DNA from: Geosiphon pyriformis uo1
Taxonomy: Eukaryota > Fungi > Glomeromycota
Assembly: GCA_016748015.1 (NCBI GenBank)
Contig: JAAOMT010000675.1
Coordinates: forward strand, 1 to 64,000
DNA: 64,000 nt
Direction: 5' to 3'
Both the position numbers and the translations under genes were made by a program. How positions within the stretch are numbered: position 1 is the stretch's first letter; every line of letters starts with the position of its first letter. This document shows positions 51,149 to 63,574 of the stretch, one piece after another. The notes under the pieces were generated by a model, which was given only the letters and a program-made list of their open reading frames with translations, had not been told where the DNA came from and searched no databases.

Positions 51149-52738
51149 GATTACATTGTTCTATCTCCTTTCCTTCAACCCCTTTAATTCTTTTATCTCC
51201 TTCCCTCAGCTCCGACATTTTAATGCCTTTTCTTCCGATCTCTCAGTATCCCATTAAGGTCTTTCCATCAAATTCCGGTATTTTAATTCAAGAATACATT
51301 TTCTCAAATCTTTCTTCAATATTTTAATCAGAGCTTTGAACACATTAGAAACAACGTACCTTTATTGCATTGATTCTTAAAATACAAAATGAATAAATCC
51401 CTGCAAAAAATCTAAAATGCGAATGAACTTTGGGCTTATGGGAGAACAGAATAATTTATCGTCCAACTTCGGGTTCAACTTTTGAACAAATCTAAGGGTG
51501 TTGACTGTCGAGCCTACATCTGGAAGAAATATGGATATAAAAAAAAGGCTTTGCATAAGTGATTTTTTGTCCATCTCGGTTGTTGTGTTTGAGGAACTTT
51601 ATTTGGCAACTGAGAGGTGAATAAATGTTCAACAATTTCCATTGTGAAGCCGACGACACAGATTATTTTGGGCTTCGGACGTTTGCTTCAAAGATTATGT
51701 ATGTAGCTTGCAACAGACAAGAGCCTTGCAGCGATTAATTCCATATCGAATGGATCTAATAGATAGACAGCTCGATTGCAATGATACTTGTAAATAAGCT
51801 CAATCACAATACAAGTTAGGCGTAGTCAAGTCAACAACTGAAAGTCAAGAAATTAAATAGAAAAGAGAGGTCTGAGGATTTTATGTAACACCTTTTAACA
51901 GTTCAAGTCATTATTTTCAAGTGAGAGAGATAAATTTAATTTAAAAATTAAAACTTTATCCTATTTTTTACTGAATGTGTATATACGCATAATATAAAAA
52001 ACAAATGTTTCATTTTCAATAAAATATATAAAAAATATATATAGAAAATGATTTAAAACCATTGACTAAAAAAAGTCAATTTAATAATACACAAAATTTT
52101 TTAATAATTATTAATGATGAATTATTTGTTTGTTTGTTTAATTATACCTATTTATTTTTTATGACTTTAAAATACACATTTTGTTTTTATAATTAATATT
52201 AAAATATTTGGATTATTATATTAATATTAATTTTTTTAAAAATTACAAATATGATATATAAACATAAAATTTTATAATTACATTATAATTATTTATTTAT
52301 TTATTTATTTATTTATAAACAAATAGTTCATTTGTAAAAAATATTAAATATACATATATAAATATATTTTGAAAAAATAATTGGCAAATATTAATTTTAC
52401 TTTAAATATATCAAATATATTTCATACTAAAATAATGATTTCACCAATCCAATTTATCTTTCGACTAATCATATTTATGTTCAAAAATAGTTAGGGATAT
52501 TTCAAGAATTGGACTTCCCGTAAATAGGTTGATCCGTGTTACTGAATGCACTGCATTTCTTGCCAAACTCAAAACTTTGAATTCCTATTAATTTTCTCTT
52601 AGTGTCTCTCTAAAAGTGTGGACCCTTACATTTGAATAAAACCTCTGGTGCGTCACCTTAAACGCTTACCGGCTCCATTTATTATATTATATGAAACGTG
52701 TATTTTTACCTGTCATAGGAAAGTTTCGCCGAGGAACG

Positions 52739-53648
52739 ATGTCAAATCCATTACCAACTACTACGCAGACATGGTCTTGCGAACGGTGTACTTTTATAAA
52801 TCAAGTAAGTGAAAATCGTTTACCAGTGGATCTTCTGGGGCTTACACTTGTTTTGTAGGGAATAGATTTAACATGCATAATGTGCTACTTAATACGAACA
52901 GACGCTAAAGATCTTCCTGTTCAGGTAAATCTTTTGGCTAGCTTAAACGATCTCATAGAAAGTATTTTTTGCAAAAGTAACAAAAATGAACTTTTCTGTT
53001 TGGGTGAAATATTTTTTTTGTAAATATGGCGTTTTTGGATAGTGGGAATGGCGCGCAAATCCGGATCAATGGATTCCCTATGATCTAGCATCGTCTGCAG
53101 AACTTGAGGAAGCCTATCAACGCGGAGATAGTTCGTTCTCTCCTAAGAAAGGTTTCTTCGCTTCCACGCCTGATCACTACGAGATTCAATTCAACTACAG
53201 CACTTTCAGATTCCAGCAGTTAAATACTTCCTCAGGTGGAATGCGGAGAATGAGAAGGGTCGCCAATGGTTCGATTTCATCTTTTAAACGATATTCCCTT
53301 ACAAACATATTCTTGTATAATCCAATGTAACTGATAACTCCTCAGACGACAATTCAATTCTTCAACCGGTACCTTTCGAGACTGTTACTTGTGAAGAGAC
53401 ATGTATAATTTGCCTTGATGGATTTCAAGATCCAAATACTTTAACCACAGATCAGCATGTTGTCAAACTTCCCCCTTGTCATGGGCATTTTTTTCATAGG
53501 GCATGCGTCGCCGGTAAATATCTACTAGTCGTTTTTGGCTTGCCATTAGAAAAATTGAAAAATTCATGAATTTCAACTATCTTTTTAATTAGCTGCTATA
53601 AAGTTGAAGGATCAATGTCCGCTATGCAAGAAAAGAATTGAATATTGA
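52739..53648 (+). CDS. 193-aa NZF(RanBP2-type)-WWE-RING-H2 protein, putative E3 ligase; exons 52739-52804, 52859-52924, 53043-53268, 53346-53513, 53593-53648
   Basis: All four introns are GT-AG and phase-consistent (582 nt). WSCERCTFINQGIDLTCIMC; WEWRANPDQWIPYD..ELEEAY..YEIQF..FQQLN..RRMRR; CIIC..CHGHFFHRAC..CPLCK. Not in the ORF track. Confidence 0.9.
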
Positions 53649-54011
53649 TTTATGGTTTCAAAATTTTCGATCTTTTTCTTTGTTCTTTACACATGTACTC
53701 CTATCCCCATCTGTTGATGAGGGATATAGACCAATAATTTTTATATGGCACTATTTTGTTGATTCTGGCACTCAAATCTTTTTAACTTCAATCCTTTCCT
53801 TCATGGGTTAGTATTTCGCCACCATGATTGTGGCTTTCGCCAGAACAATATTTAGAGTTAAAAGTGGCTAGTTATACTCACCATGATCAGATATTTGAAT
53901 CACTGATGTTACGATGAATTGTTCCTAATAAAATTTCACGTTTCAAGTAAACAAACCTAGAGCTTCCTGAGACCCATTTATACTGCTGGGTACCCTATTT
54001 GTTTGTCTATT

Positions 54012-55928
54012 ATGGATGATGTCCCTTTCGATTATAAAATACTTAAGAGGCCTTCAAAAGAGCCACATTCTATAATACCTAAAAAGATAGAAGAAGCCTT
54101 TGTAAGAAAGACATTTGACAAAACCAATGGAAAGCTTTTGAATTTCGAAGACAAGCTTCAAGCATACAAAGACTTGAAGGCTCGAGGGAAAGATGCTGGT
54201 GAGGATTGGGAACTTGAGGATGAAACTGGATATTATTATAGTGCTTCTGCAAAAATGTATGCCATCTGGAATAATGAGATTCAAGATTGGACTTATGTTC
54301 ATTCAGACGAGGTTACGACACTGGGAAAGACTAAACTAGCTCAACCTCCAGAAGCAAAACAAATTGAAAGCGTTATATCTTCTGAGAATGGAAAATCTAG
54401 TATAGAAAAGAAAAAAAAATTAGAAGAAGGGCAATTATCGGATTTTGCTGATAATTCTAAGTCATCATATGTACAAAATAATAATGGCAAAAGAATTAAA
54501 CGGCAACAGCACTCCTCGCAAAATGGCGCTAATGATATATCAGTGAGAGATACTTCCTCGACCGAATCTAATACTAAAAATGACAAAAGCTCATCTTATT
54601 ATAGACCACCTACCGGCTATATTCCTACCGAAGATACCCGGTATTATTTTAATCCAAAGAACAATATGTGGTTTGATGTTGAAAATGGAGTTTATTCCGT
54701 CTACGATTTGGCCTCAAAGATGTATATTCCTATAGATCCAATAACATCGTCAATTTATCCTTCATCTTCATCACCCGTCAACAATGAAGAGTCTTTACTA
54801 GATGAACAAGGTGAACCGGGAAGTGACGCGACATTAAGATTGGTTGTCTTGGAATCAGATATATTGAAGCCTGGAAATCTCATTATTGTTGATGGAAATG
54901 GGATTTCAATTGGGCGTGATAAATGGGATGACCGTCGTCTGCGCTTACCCGAACTGCGTACATCCAAACATCATTGCCAGATATTTTGCTCTACATCCTC
55001 CGCTTCAATGTCTTCTACAGATAGTCATAATAATGTGGGTAGTATCAATGATGAGGAGGATTCTTTGGCAACACCTAATAGTATAGGTACCCTCAAGGAT
55101 GCCTTTTATATAATTGATAGTGGCTCTCAGAATGGAACTTTTGTTAACTCTACAAGATTATCTGAGAGTAAGATGAGTTCAAAACCCATGATCTTATCAC
55201 ATATGGACGAAATAATTGTGGGTAGTACAACGTTTCAGGTGCATATGCACAAACAATGGACATGTGAAGCTTGCACACTGACTGAAGGAAAATTTATTGA
55301 AGTTTCAAAACTTGATCACAGTAGTTCGAATAGTTCGATTTCAATATCGGCGAAGGGCAGCGAATATATCGAATTTTCGCTTTTAGAAAGATTAAACGGA
55401 AATGCTAATAACATTAATAATAATTTGATATCATCTCAACGAGAACTTTTAGAATTGAAACGTCGGCAGGAATTGAGTCGTTTGAAGCGGAAGTACATTG
55501 GCAAAGATAACAATAGCGATTCTATAAATAATACTGGGAACGAAAAGCGAAAAAAATATATTGATCGGGCAGCTTTAAGGCGTGAAATTCGTCCAGATAA
55601 TGCTCCAGTCAAAAAAGAACGTCCTGAAGAAAATGACCGGACACCTACACCATCATCCCAAAGTAAGAAGCTGGGTTCAGAAAACAAGGGTAATTTATTA
55701 CTGCAAAAAATGGGATGGAAAGAAGGTCAAGGTTTAGGGCGTGGTGGTGGGGGTATGATCAATCCGATTGATGTTATGACCAATGAGGGACGCCGAGGAT
55801 TGGGATCAGGTGGAATCAAAAAGGCCATCTCAAGTGATTGCATGAATGAAATTGGTGAGAGCAGAGAAACTCTTCAGGAAGCTACGCGAAGAATTGCGAG
55901 GGAACGTTTCATGGATATGTTTGAGTAA
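54012..55928 (+). CDS. AGGF1-like protein (OCRE-like aromatic repeats, FHA, G-patch); single exon
   Basis: YYFNPKNNMWFDVENGVYSVYD; FHA IGRD..TSKHH..DSGSQNGTFVN; G-patch NKGNLLLQKMGWKEGQGLG..RRGLG. First ATG is 54012 (the track start is TTG). Confidence 0.85.
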   Translation: MDDVPFDYKILKRPSKEPHSIIPKKIEEAFVRKTFDKTNGKLLNFEDKLQAYKDLKARGKDAGEDWELEDETGYYYSASAKMYAIWNNEIQDWTYVHSDEVTTLGKTKLAQPPEAKQIESVISSENGKSSIEKKKKLEEGQLSDFADNSKSSYVQNNNGKRIKRQQHSSQNGANDISVRDTSSTESNTKNDKSSSYYRPPTGYIPTEDTRYYFNPKNNMWFDVENGVYSVYDLASKMYIPIDPITSSIYPSSSSPVNNEESLLDEQGEPGSDATLRLVVLESDILKPGNLIIVDGNGISIGRDKWDDRRLRLPELRTSKHHCQIFCSTSSASMSSTDSHNNVGSINDEEDSLATPNSIGTLKDAFYIIDSGSQNGTFVNSTRLSESKMSSKPMILSHMDEIIVGSTTFQVHMHKQWTCEACTLTEGKFIEVSKLDHSSSNSSISISAKGSEYIEFSLLERLNGNANNINNNLISSQRELLELKRRQELSRLKRKYIGKDNNSDSINNTGNEKRKKYIDRAALRREIRPDNAPVKKERPEENDRTPTPSSQSKKLGSENKGNLLLQKMGWKEGQGLGRGGGGMINPIDVMTNEGRRGLGSGGIKKAISSDCMNEIGESRETLQEATRRIARERFMDMFE

Positions 55929-56569
55929 TAAAGAAAATCTGGAATCGAGAAAGAGAAATGTTATTTACTTTATGGATGGTCGGTGGATGTGTGGATATTA
56001 CAGGTCATACATCCTGTATTTGTGGCAAAATATCATTTCTCTATGTTTTACAGTTTGCACAATATCTTGTGAAGCTTCATTCATATTCTCGACTATATTC
56101 AAGTGTTATCTGTGCTCAATTACCTAAAAGTACAACTTGGCATTATCCACTTTGAGGTCCTGTTCACTGAATCTTTAATATTAGGTAAGTTTTTGAGTAT
56201 TAAATCAGCTCAAATGGATGGCTTTTGATATAATTTTTTGCCGATAAACATTGTCCGGTTCTTTTGGTTTTACATGAACTGATCACAGGATAAATTGGGA
56301 AATAAGATCCTTGAGACGGTTAGCCGCAATGTTGGAGGACACATTTGAAATTTGCCGTCAGATTTCAGGTTAAATTTTATCAGATATTAATAAAAAAAGT
56401 CTGGTATTAATATAAGGACTCTGTGTTTGGGGCAAAAAGTCGAACAGCTAGCTAAATATTGAAGTAGGGCTTAACATTGATTCAATTTTATCGTTTCGCT
56501 TTCGCAACATTAAATTTATTGATAAAATGGTAACTTTCCATATTTCATCGAATCACAAACCTTTTCTAA

Positions 56570-57600
56570 TACATGATTAATTTTTTTCAGATAAAAAAGC
56601 ATAACAATAAACTATTAATTTAATACTTTGGCTTCCAATCCTATATTTTTATTTTCGATCTTCTGACATTTAAAATGAAAATATTAAAATTCAAAAAATC
56701 TATTTAATAATTTTTGTGTGGTAAATAAAATAACATATGTAATAATAATATTTTTATATATTATTTTAATTATTGATTTTTGATTTTTGCTATTTTTATA
56801 AGTAAATATATAAATTTAGCTTTTGCCAAATATTTTTTATATTAAAATAAATCTTTATGCTTTTTTCTTAATTATAAGATTTTTTTACTATTTAATAAAA
56901 CAATTATAAATATAACCAGTTATTTGGTTATGGTTTTTTAATATTAATAATCTAAAAATCAATTTTATAAATTATTTAATATATGTTATCTTTAAATTTT
57001 ATTATTAATTAATTAATTAAATTGCTAATTAAAACTACTAATATAATAATTTTATTTAATTTAATTTATTTAAAATATTATTTGTAAAAATAACTTATTA
57101 AATTAGATTTTTAATATTCAAAAATATTGTATATAACTTTTTTCTTTTTATATAATATTAAATATTTCTTTTTTAAATTTATTGTATAATAGTTATAGCT
57201 TAAATTTTAATATTAGTATTTAATATAATTAAACTTAAATTACCAAATAAAGTATAATTAAAATAATAATAATATTATTATTATTATTAAGATTAATACA
57301 TATATAATACTTTATTTTATTATATAATATATAAAATTTTTATTGCTTAAAATAATATTATATAAATAATACTATATTATTTATAATTTATATAATTTGT
57401 AACCAATTATAAATTACAGTATAATATAATTATTTATATTTTTTTAGATAACTTTAATTTTTTTACTTTAAAAAAATGTGTATTTTATAAAAATAAAAAT
57501 AAATTGTTTTTATGTATAAAAATTATTATAAAAATACAAATTTATTTTTAATTTAAAAATTTGTAAAATTGACTTATTAATACTTTAAAATTATGTAAAT
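56570..57600. other. Extreme AT-rich desert at the gene/TE boundary
   Basis: Almost only A/T. Confidence 0.7.
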
Positions 57601-57604
57601 AAAA

Positions 57605-57764
57605 ATATAAGTAAAGCCCAACTGCTATCTAATATATAGAATCAAACTAAGTGGCTCAAACTAAATACAATTTATGCATTTACTACATGTGGCTAGCCAT
57701 TATTACAGATGATTATTTGGGTGGTTAAAATAAATAACAAACTCATAATTTGGTGCTCAATAGC
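57605..57764 (-). mobile_element. 3' tail of a LINE-like element, homologous to 21890-21990
   Basis: GCCCAA-CTGCTATCTAATATATAG..TTTATGCATTTACTACATGTGGCTAGCCA aligns with the reverse complement of 21897-21985. Confidence 0.6.
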
Positions 57765-58645
57765 TGTTATAATTGGTGATATTTGAAGGTTTTTATATCT
57801 GAAGGTTTTAGTTGTCTAAAGAGTTTAATTGTTTAAAGAGTTTAGTTGAGTTTTTTGTGCAATAAACAGAAATTCAAGGGTTATATTAATAGTTTTTCAG
57901 AATTACAATTCTGTCAAATTTTTTTCTTCAGTATTGTGGCCAGTTTATTTTGACAGTTGTGCTTTTCTAGTAAGCTATTCATAAATTTTTTAAACTATAT
58001 ACTCTTTTTTTAAAGTCTTTTAACAGACTATTTTTGATATTAATTACTCAATACTTACTTTTTTTAATCAGTTAATAAATCAACAAACAACAAAAAAATA
58101 AAATAAATAAAATAAAAATAATAAAAATAAAAATAAAAATTAGTATCTTGTCAATAGCCATGATCAAGAACTATTGTTCTAGTATAGTTAAGTATTGAAT
58201 TTTATCAACATAAAGTGTTGATAGAGCAAAAATAATTAATAGTCTCTAATTAAGCAATAATAACATGGATTTAAGTAGTAATTAATAATTTATTAATAAG
58301 TGATATGAATTTTGAACTGCTTTTAACTGCTTCTTTAACTGAGAATTCTAATTGTGTGTTTTAGCTGTCAATTCTCTCTTTTCTGTTTCTAATACTCTTA
58401 CTATATATACATAATTAATGTTCTATAAGATCTTACATATTTATAAGCAATGTGCTATAATTTCTTGAGCAATGCTCACATTGCTAAATAATGTGCTCTA
58501 ATCTATTAATATTGCTTATATTGCTGAGCAATATGTCATAATTTACTAATATTATGCTTATATGCTCAATACTATTCACTTATTGGTCTATTTTTTTTAT
58601 CTATTTTTTTTATTATTTCTCTTGTGCTCTTTTCTATGAGTAACA
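57765..58645 (-). repeat. 3' LTR
   Basis: Starts TGTTACTC after the PPT. GAGCAATGTGCT-like repeats at 58420-58570, hairpin + T tract at 58085-58176. Confidence 0.65.
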
Positions 58646-58679
58646 TTATCTTCTTCTTTTTAATATTGAACTCTATCAA

Positions 58680-59350
58680 AATCTTTATTTTGAATTAATT
58701 TTATTATTTCCATTACTTTTTTTTTTAATACTGTTTGTTTAACTTTGGTTTTTATGTCTTTTATTTGTGCATTATTTATTTTTCTCTATTGATTAATGGT
58801 TATTGTTTCTATTTCTGAATGTAATAGTATTTCTGGATAATTTTGAAATATGGTGTATAGTCAATAGATTGTTTTAATGTAAAGCACTATATTTGTCTTC
58901 TTTCTGATAATGTCTTCAATTTGCTGTATTATTTCTTAATTGAATATTCTTTTAGATTTATTGGTATATAGTTCTTAAATATTCAGTTTTTGTCCTAATT
59001 GATAATAACAGTATAATATTGGAAGTTGTTTTGTTCAGTGTTTTCAACTTTTTTTATTGGCTTCTTTGTTAAAACAATCATAATTATTTTCTTAAAAGTA
59101 TTCTTCACTTTTTTTATTATTATATCTGATCAATGTTTTGTTGAGTTTAGTAATTACTAATATGATGTATTTTTTGCTTTTTTTCTTTTTTTGGTGTTTT
59201 AATAACAGATTGTCTGGTGGTTGATAATGATTTCTATATTCAATTGTTGTTAATTTATAGTTTGGAATAATTGTTAAGCCATTAAGTAGATGTGGTCTGG
59301 AATTTCTATTTTTCTGTTTGTTGCTTTTATTGTATATATTGTGTCTTTTT
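58680..59350 (-). pseudogene. Accessory ORF3 of the second Gypsy element
   Basis: Residual frame ENTEQKQLPILYCYYQLGQKL...IKTIY*LYTIFQNYPEILLHSEIETITINQ*RKINNAQIKDIK between IN and PPT. Confidence 0.55.
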
Positions 59351-62009
59351 ATATTGTTTTGGTTAATTACTTTGATGTGTTTGTGTCAATAATTATAATT
59401 GGTTCCAGATCTTATACAATCTTATCTAGTTGGACTAATATTTGTTGTGCTCTCAGTTGTGGAATATTACTAGTGGATAATGATATTATATTGTGATATG
59501 GTTTTAGTTGATTTCCATGTGCTGCTTTAATTAAGATTTTGTTGTTTTATCTTAGTTTGTATGTTTTATTTCCTAGAATTTCTTTAATGTGAAATGGTTT
59601 GTCCTATTGGGGTCAAATTTTCTACTCCATTGTTTTTCCATTTTGATACAATGTAAGAGTACTTTGTTTTCAATCTTGAATTCAACTGAGTTATTTGGTA
59701 ACTAGTTATTATGTTATTTTTTTTGTTTTTTTTGTGACTTTTGAATGTTATCAGCTGCTTTTTGTCTTTTGTTTTCTAAAGTTTTTATTAGTTTGTATGT
59801 TTTTTTTAGCAATGTTTTTTGTAAATTGGCTTCTGTTATTGATTCTGTTGAATATGTATTAATGTTTATTTCCATTGGTAATGTTGTTGTTCTATTAGAA
59901 ACAAGTTCAAATGGTGTTGTTTGTGTAGTATCTTGTTTCATTGTTCAATAAGCAAATAGTACTGATGATATAAACAAATTCCATTTATCCTGGTTTTTTT
60001 GGTTAATCTTGGCTATTGTTTTATATAATGTTCTGTTGAATTTTTTGACTAAGTTATTTGTTTGTGAATGATATAGTAATGATAATAGTCTCTTAACTCC
60101 AAATTTTTAATTTAATTCTGTTAGCATTCTGTTTACAAAGTAGGTTTTTTGATCTGATAATAATTTTTTTGAACATTCATGTCAACAAATTAATTATTGG
60201 TAGATGAATTTGGCTATGAATTTTGCATCTGCTCTTTGAATTGCTTTCACCTCTGGCCATTTAGTGAGATAATTCATGGCTATTGCTATATAATAATTGT
60301 TTTTATTGGTTGTTGTTAATGATCTGACTAAGTCAATTCCAATTTGATTAAATAGTTATTCTACTCTAATTGGCTTTAGTGGTTCATTGGGTTTTGTTCC
60401 TCTTCTTTTTTAACAAGTATCACAATTTTAAATATATTAGATAATATCTGAATACATTAATAGCCAATAATATTTTTTTTTAATTCTTTTCATGGTTGCT
60501 TTTTTATAAAAATATTCTGTTGTTGGATCTAAGTACATGTTGTATAGTATTGTTTTTTTTTTGGTTTTGTAATTGATCTGAATTTTTTCTGTTTTTTTAA
60601 TATAGTATATTTCAGTGAGTGATAAAATATTTTGATTGTTGTTTTATATTGTTTTGTTTCTTTTAAGATAATTTCTCCTTAAACTGTTAAGTATTAATAT
60701 AATGTTAGAGTTGTAGATATTTTTGTGTGTTCATCTTTTGTTATATTTTTGGGTTAAAATATTCTTAGATTTGTTTTATTTATGACAAACCAACAGCATT
60801 TTTATTTTTTTTTCTTTTTTATAATGTACTGTATAATTAAATAGTAAAAGTTCTATTTTCTATCTTATATGGTGGTCATTTCCAAATTCTTGTTTCTGGA
60901 TTGATGTCAATTCTTTGTAATTAGTATATACATCAAACTTTTGATTCAAGTATTTTTTCTATTTAATAACAGTCCAATAGATAGCTAAATTTTATAGTAT
61001 TAGAGTTTTATAGTTCTTTTCAGCTGGACTTAAGCTTTGGCTGACATATATTACTGGGTGTTCTCTTCTATTCAGTTTTCTTTAAAACAGTACAGCTTTC
61101 AATGCTTGTCTTGATACATTGGTGGTAATAATAAATGGCTTGCTATGATTCAGATAGATTAGTACTGGCACTTAAATAAGCTTTCTTCTTAAAATATTAA
61201 AAGCTTTTTGTTGGGTTTCTATTTATTTATATTTTACATTCTTGGCTTGGAGTTAATGAAATGGTTGAGCCAGTTTGGAAAAATTCTGAATTAAGTAACA
61301 ATAGTATCTAGTAAATCTCAAAAATGTTCTTAATTTTGTGAGATTTGTTGGTACTGGAAAGTTCTTGACTATCTTAATCTTATTTAAATATGTCTTAATG
61401 CCATTTTTGCTTATAATATGTTTCAAAAATTTTCAGTTTTGTTTTGTCAAAGAAGCATTTGGTTGTATTTAGTTTCAATCCAGCTCTTTTTAGTCTCTTA
61501 AACACTTGCTGTAGATGATGAAAATGATTATTAAATGTTTTTGAGAACACATTGGTGTTATCCAAATAAATAACTATTGATTTTTATAGCAGTCTGGTAT
61601 AAACAATTTCCATGAGTCATTAGAAGGTGACTGGTACATTAGTTAAATTAAATAGCATAATATCAAACTCAAAATTCTCTTCTCTAATTGTAAAAATAGT
61701 TTTTTTTTTATCTTCTGGTTTTATGGCTACTTGTTAGTAACCACTGTTCAAATTCAAAGTAAAAAACCATTTTTTTCTTCCAAAAGCATCGAATAATTTT
61801 TGGATTTGTGAAGTTGGATAGCTATTTTCACAAATAATGTTGTTGAGCTTTCTGTAATTCACACAAAAACAGATCTTTCCATTTTTTTTCTGGACTAATA
61901 CTACTGGTAATAATCATGAACTCATTAATAATTGAATTAATCTGTTGTTCAACATTCTGTTGATTTCTTGTTGAATAATTTCATGGCTGGCTGGTGGTAT
62001 TTGGTATGT

Positions 62010-62989
62010 TGTTATCAGACAAAATTAGAAATATTGTTTAGCATAAAATTACTCTTATAAATCTTATCATTAATTAGCATATATTATCATTTCAAATTAT
62101 CACTTATTACATTAGCAAAATATCTGAAATTATCATTTAATTAATAACCTAATTTGTACATAACACAAATGTAACTTAATTGCAATGATCAATCATGCAA
62201 TATTCCAAACTATGTAACATTTAAAAAGTTCGCCAAAATTTGTAAGAAATTCGCCAAAATAATTGATAGTTCACCGAAATATCTAATAGTTCACAGAAAT
62301 AACTTGTAGTTCGCCAAAATGTATCTTTAGTTTAGCGAAATTATAGAAAATAGCAAAGTTCAAGTTCATAAAATAGTGTTACGACAAGTTGTATAAAAGA
62401 AAAGCTTCTCTCTTCGAAAAAATGTATCTTACTTCAGATTTAATAATTAGAATCAGCCTTTACACACAAAATAAATATCAAATAAATTCAAAAAACCAAA
62501 TTCTTAATTATTTCTCTTGGGATTAACCAATTCCTACTAACAGTTTGAAATTGATTAGCTACCAATTTCAGTAGACTGTTAAAGCACTTCCAGGTCTGGA
62601 TCCAAAACAACTTCCATAAATCATCAGTTTTACTTTTTTTTTACATTTCTTTTATTTTCTTTCTTTTCTTATTATAAATCATTTGGGTAGCCTACAGATG
62701 AGAATTTCTGTAGAAGAGTTGATTTTCACAGCAAAATAACTATACATTTTTAGTAAGCTTCCAGATGAGCAATTCCTGAGAAAGAGTTGATGTTTACTAC
62801 AATGTAACTACATAAAGTAACTAGCACGGAATTGGCCATTCTACTTATAAGCCCAGCAGTTCAAATTATAGAAGATAATTTGAAGATAAATTCAGTTACT
62901 GGAGGTTCAACTACTTCCTGAAAACGTGAATTCACAGCAAATCAACATCAACAACATTCAAGAAAAGAGACCAAAAACCTCCAATAACA
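62010..62989. mobile_element. Solo LTR (980 bp) inserted in RT
   Basis: TGTTATCAG...CCAATAACA, perfect TSD ATGT (62006-62009 / 62990-62993). Excision restores PLKQ*T|YQIPPASHEIIQQEINRML. Confidence 0.9.
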
Positions 62990-63574
62990 ATGTTCATTGT
63001 TTTAATGGCATTGTATCTTCAGTTTTGATTTGGTGTTGGATAATATCAATTCTGCCAAATTCATTTTCACTGACAAAAATATCAGTGAAATTGTTAAACA
63101 ACATTTTGAGCTGTATTTATTAAAATGGATCTAAATTTCCCAAGTTCATTTGTTCTAATTGTTTTAATTGAAGCAAATAACATTTTTTTTGTCTGTATAT
63201 TGTTTGTAATATGATATTCACATATTCACAAAGTTGTGGAAAATCTGAAATAATGTTTGGTGGTTGGTCCTCAACTTTAGTGCTTAAGTATCTGATAATG
63301 GTTCCACTTGGTATTTTAATGATGTCTTCAATTGTATTATAGATAAGAATTTTGATGTACTTATTGTTCTTGGCTGGGATGTAGAAATTGGTAATTCCAA
63401 TTTCTTTTGATTTACAAATAGTTGGTTCTACTTCAAAAATCTGGAGCTAATCCTTTATTTTCCTTTTTATTATTAATATGTGCTGGTTATATAGTGGAAT
63501 AGAAACTGATTGATAGATGGAAATAATTTTTTCCTTATTAATAGTTTTTTTTCTGCCATATTGATCAATATATC

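Noticed and set aside
55940-56520. Additional small gene downstream of the AGGF1-like gene
   Set aside because: Could not assemble a coherent spliced ORF or recognise an RNA family; probably UTR or intergenic.
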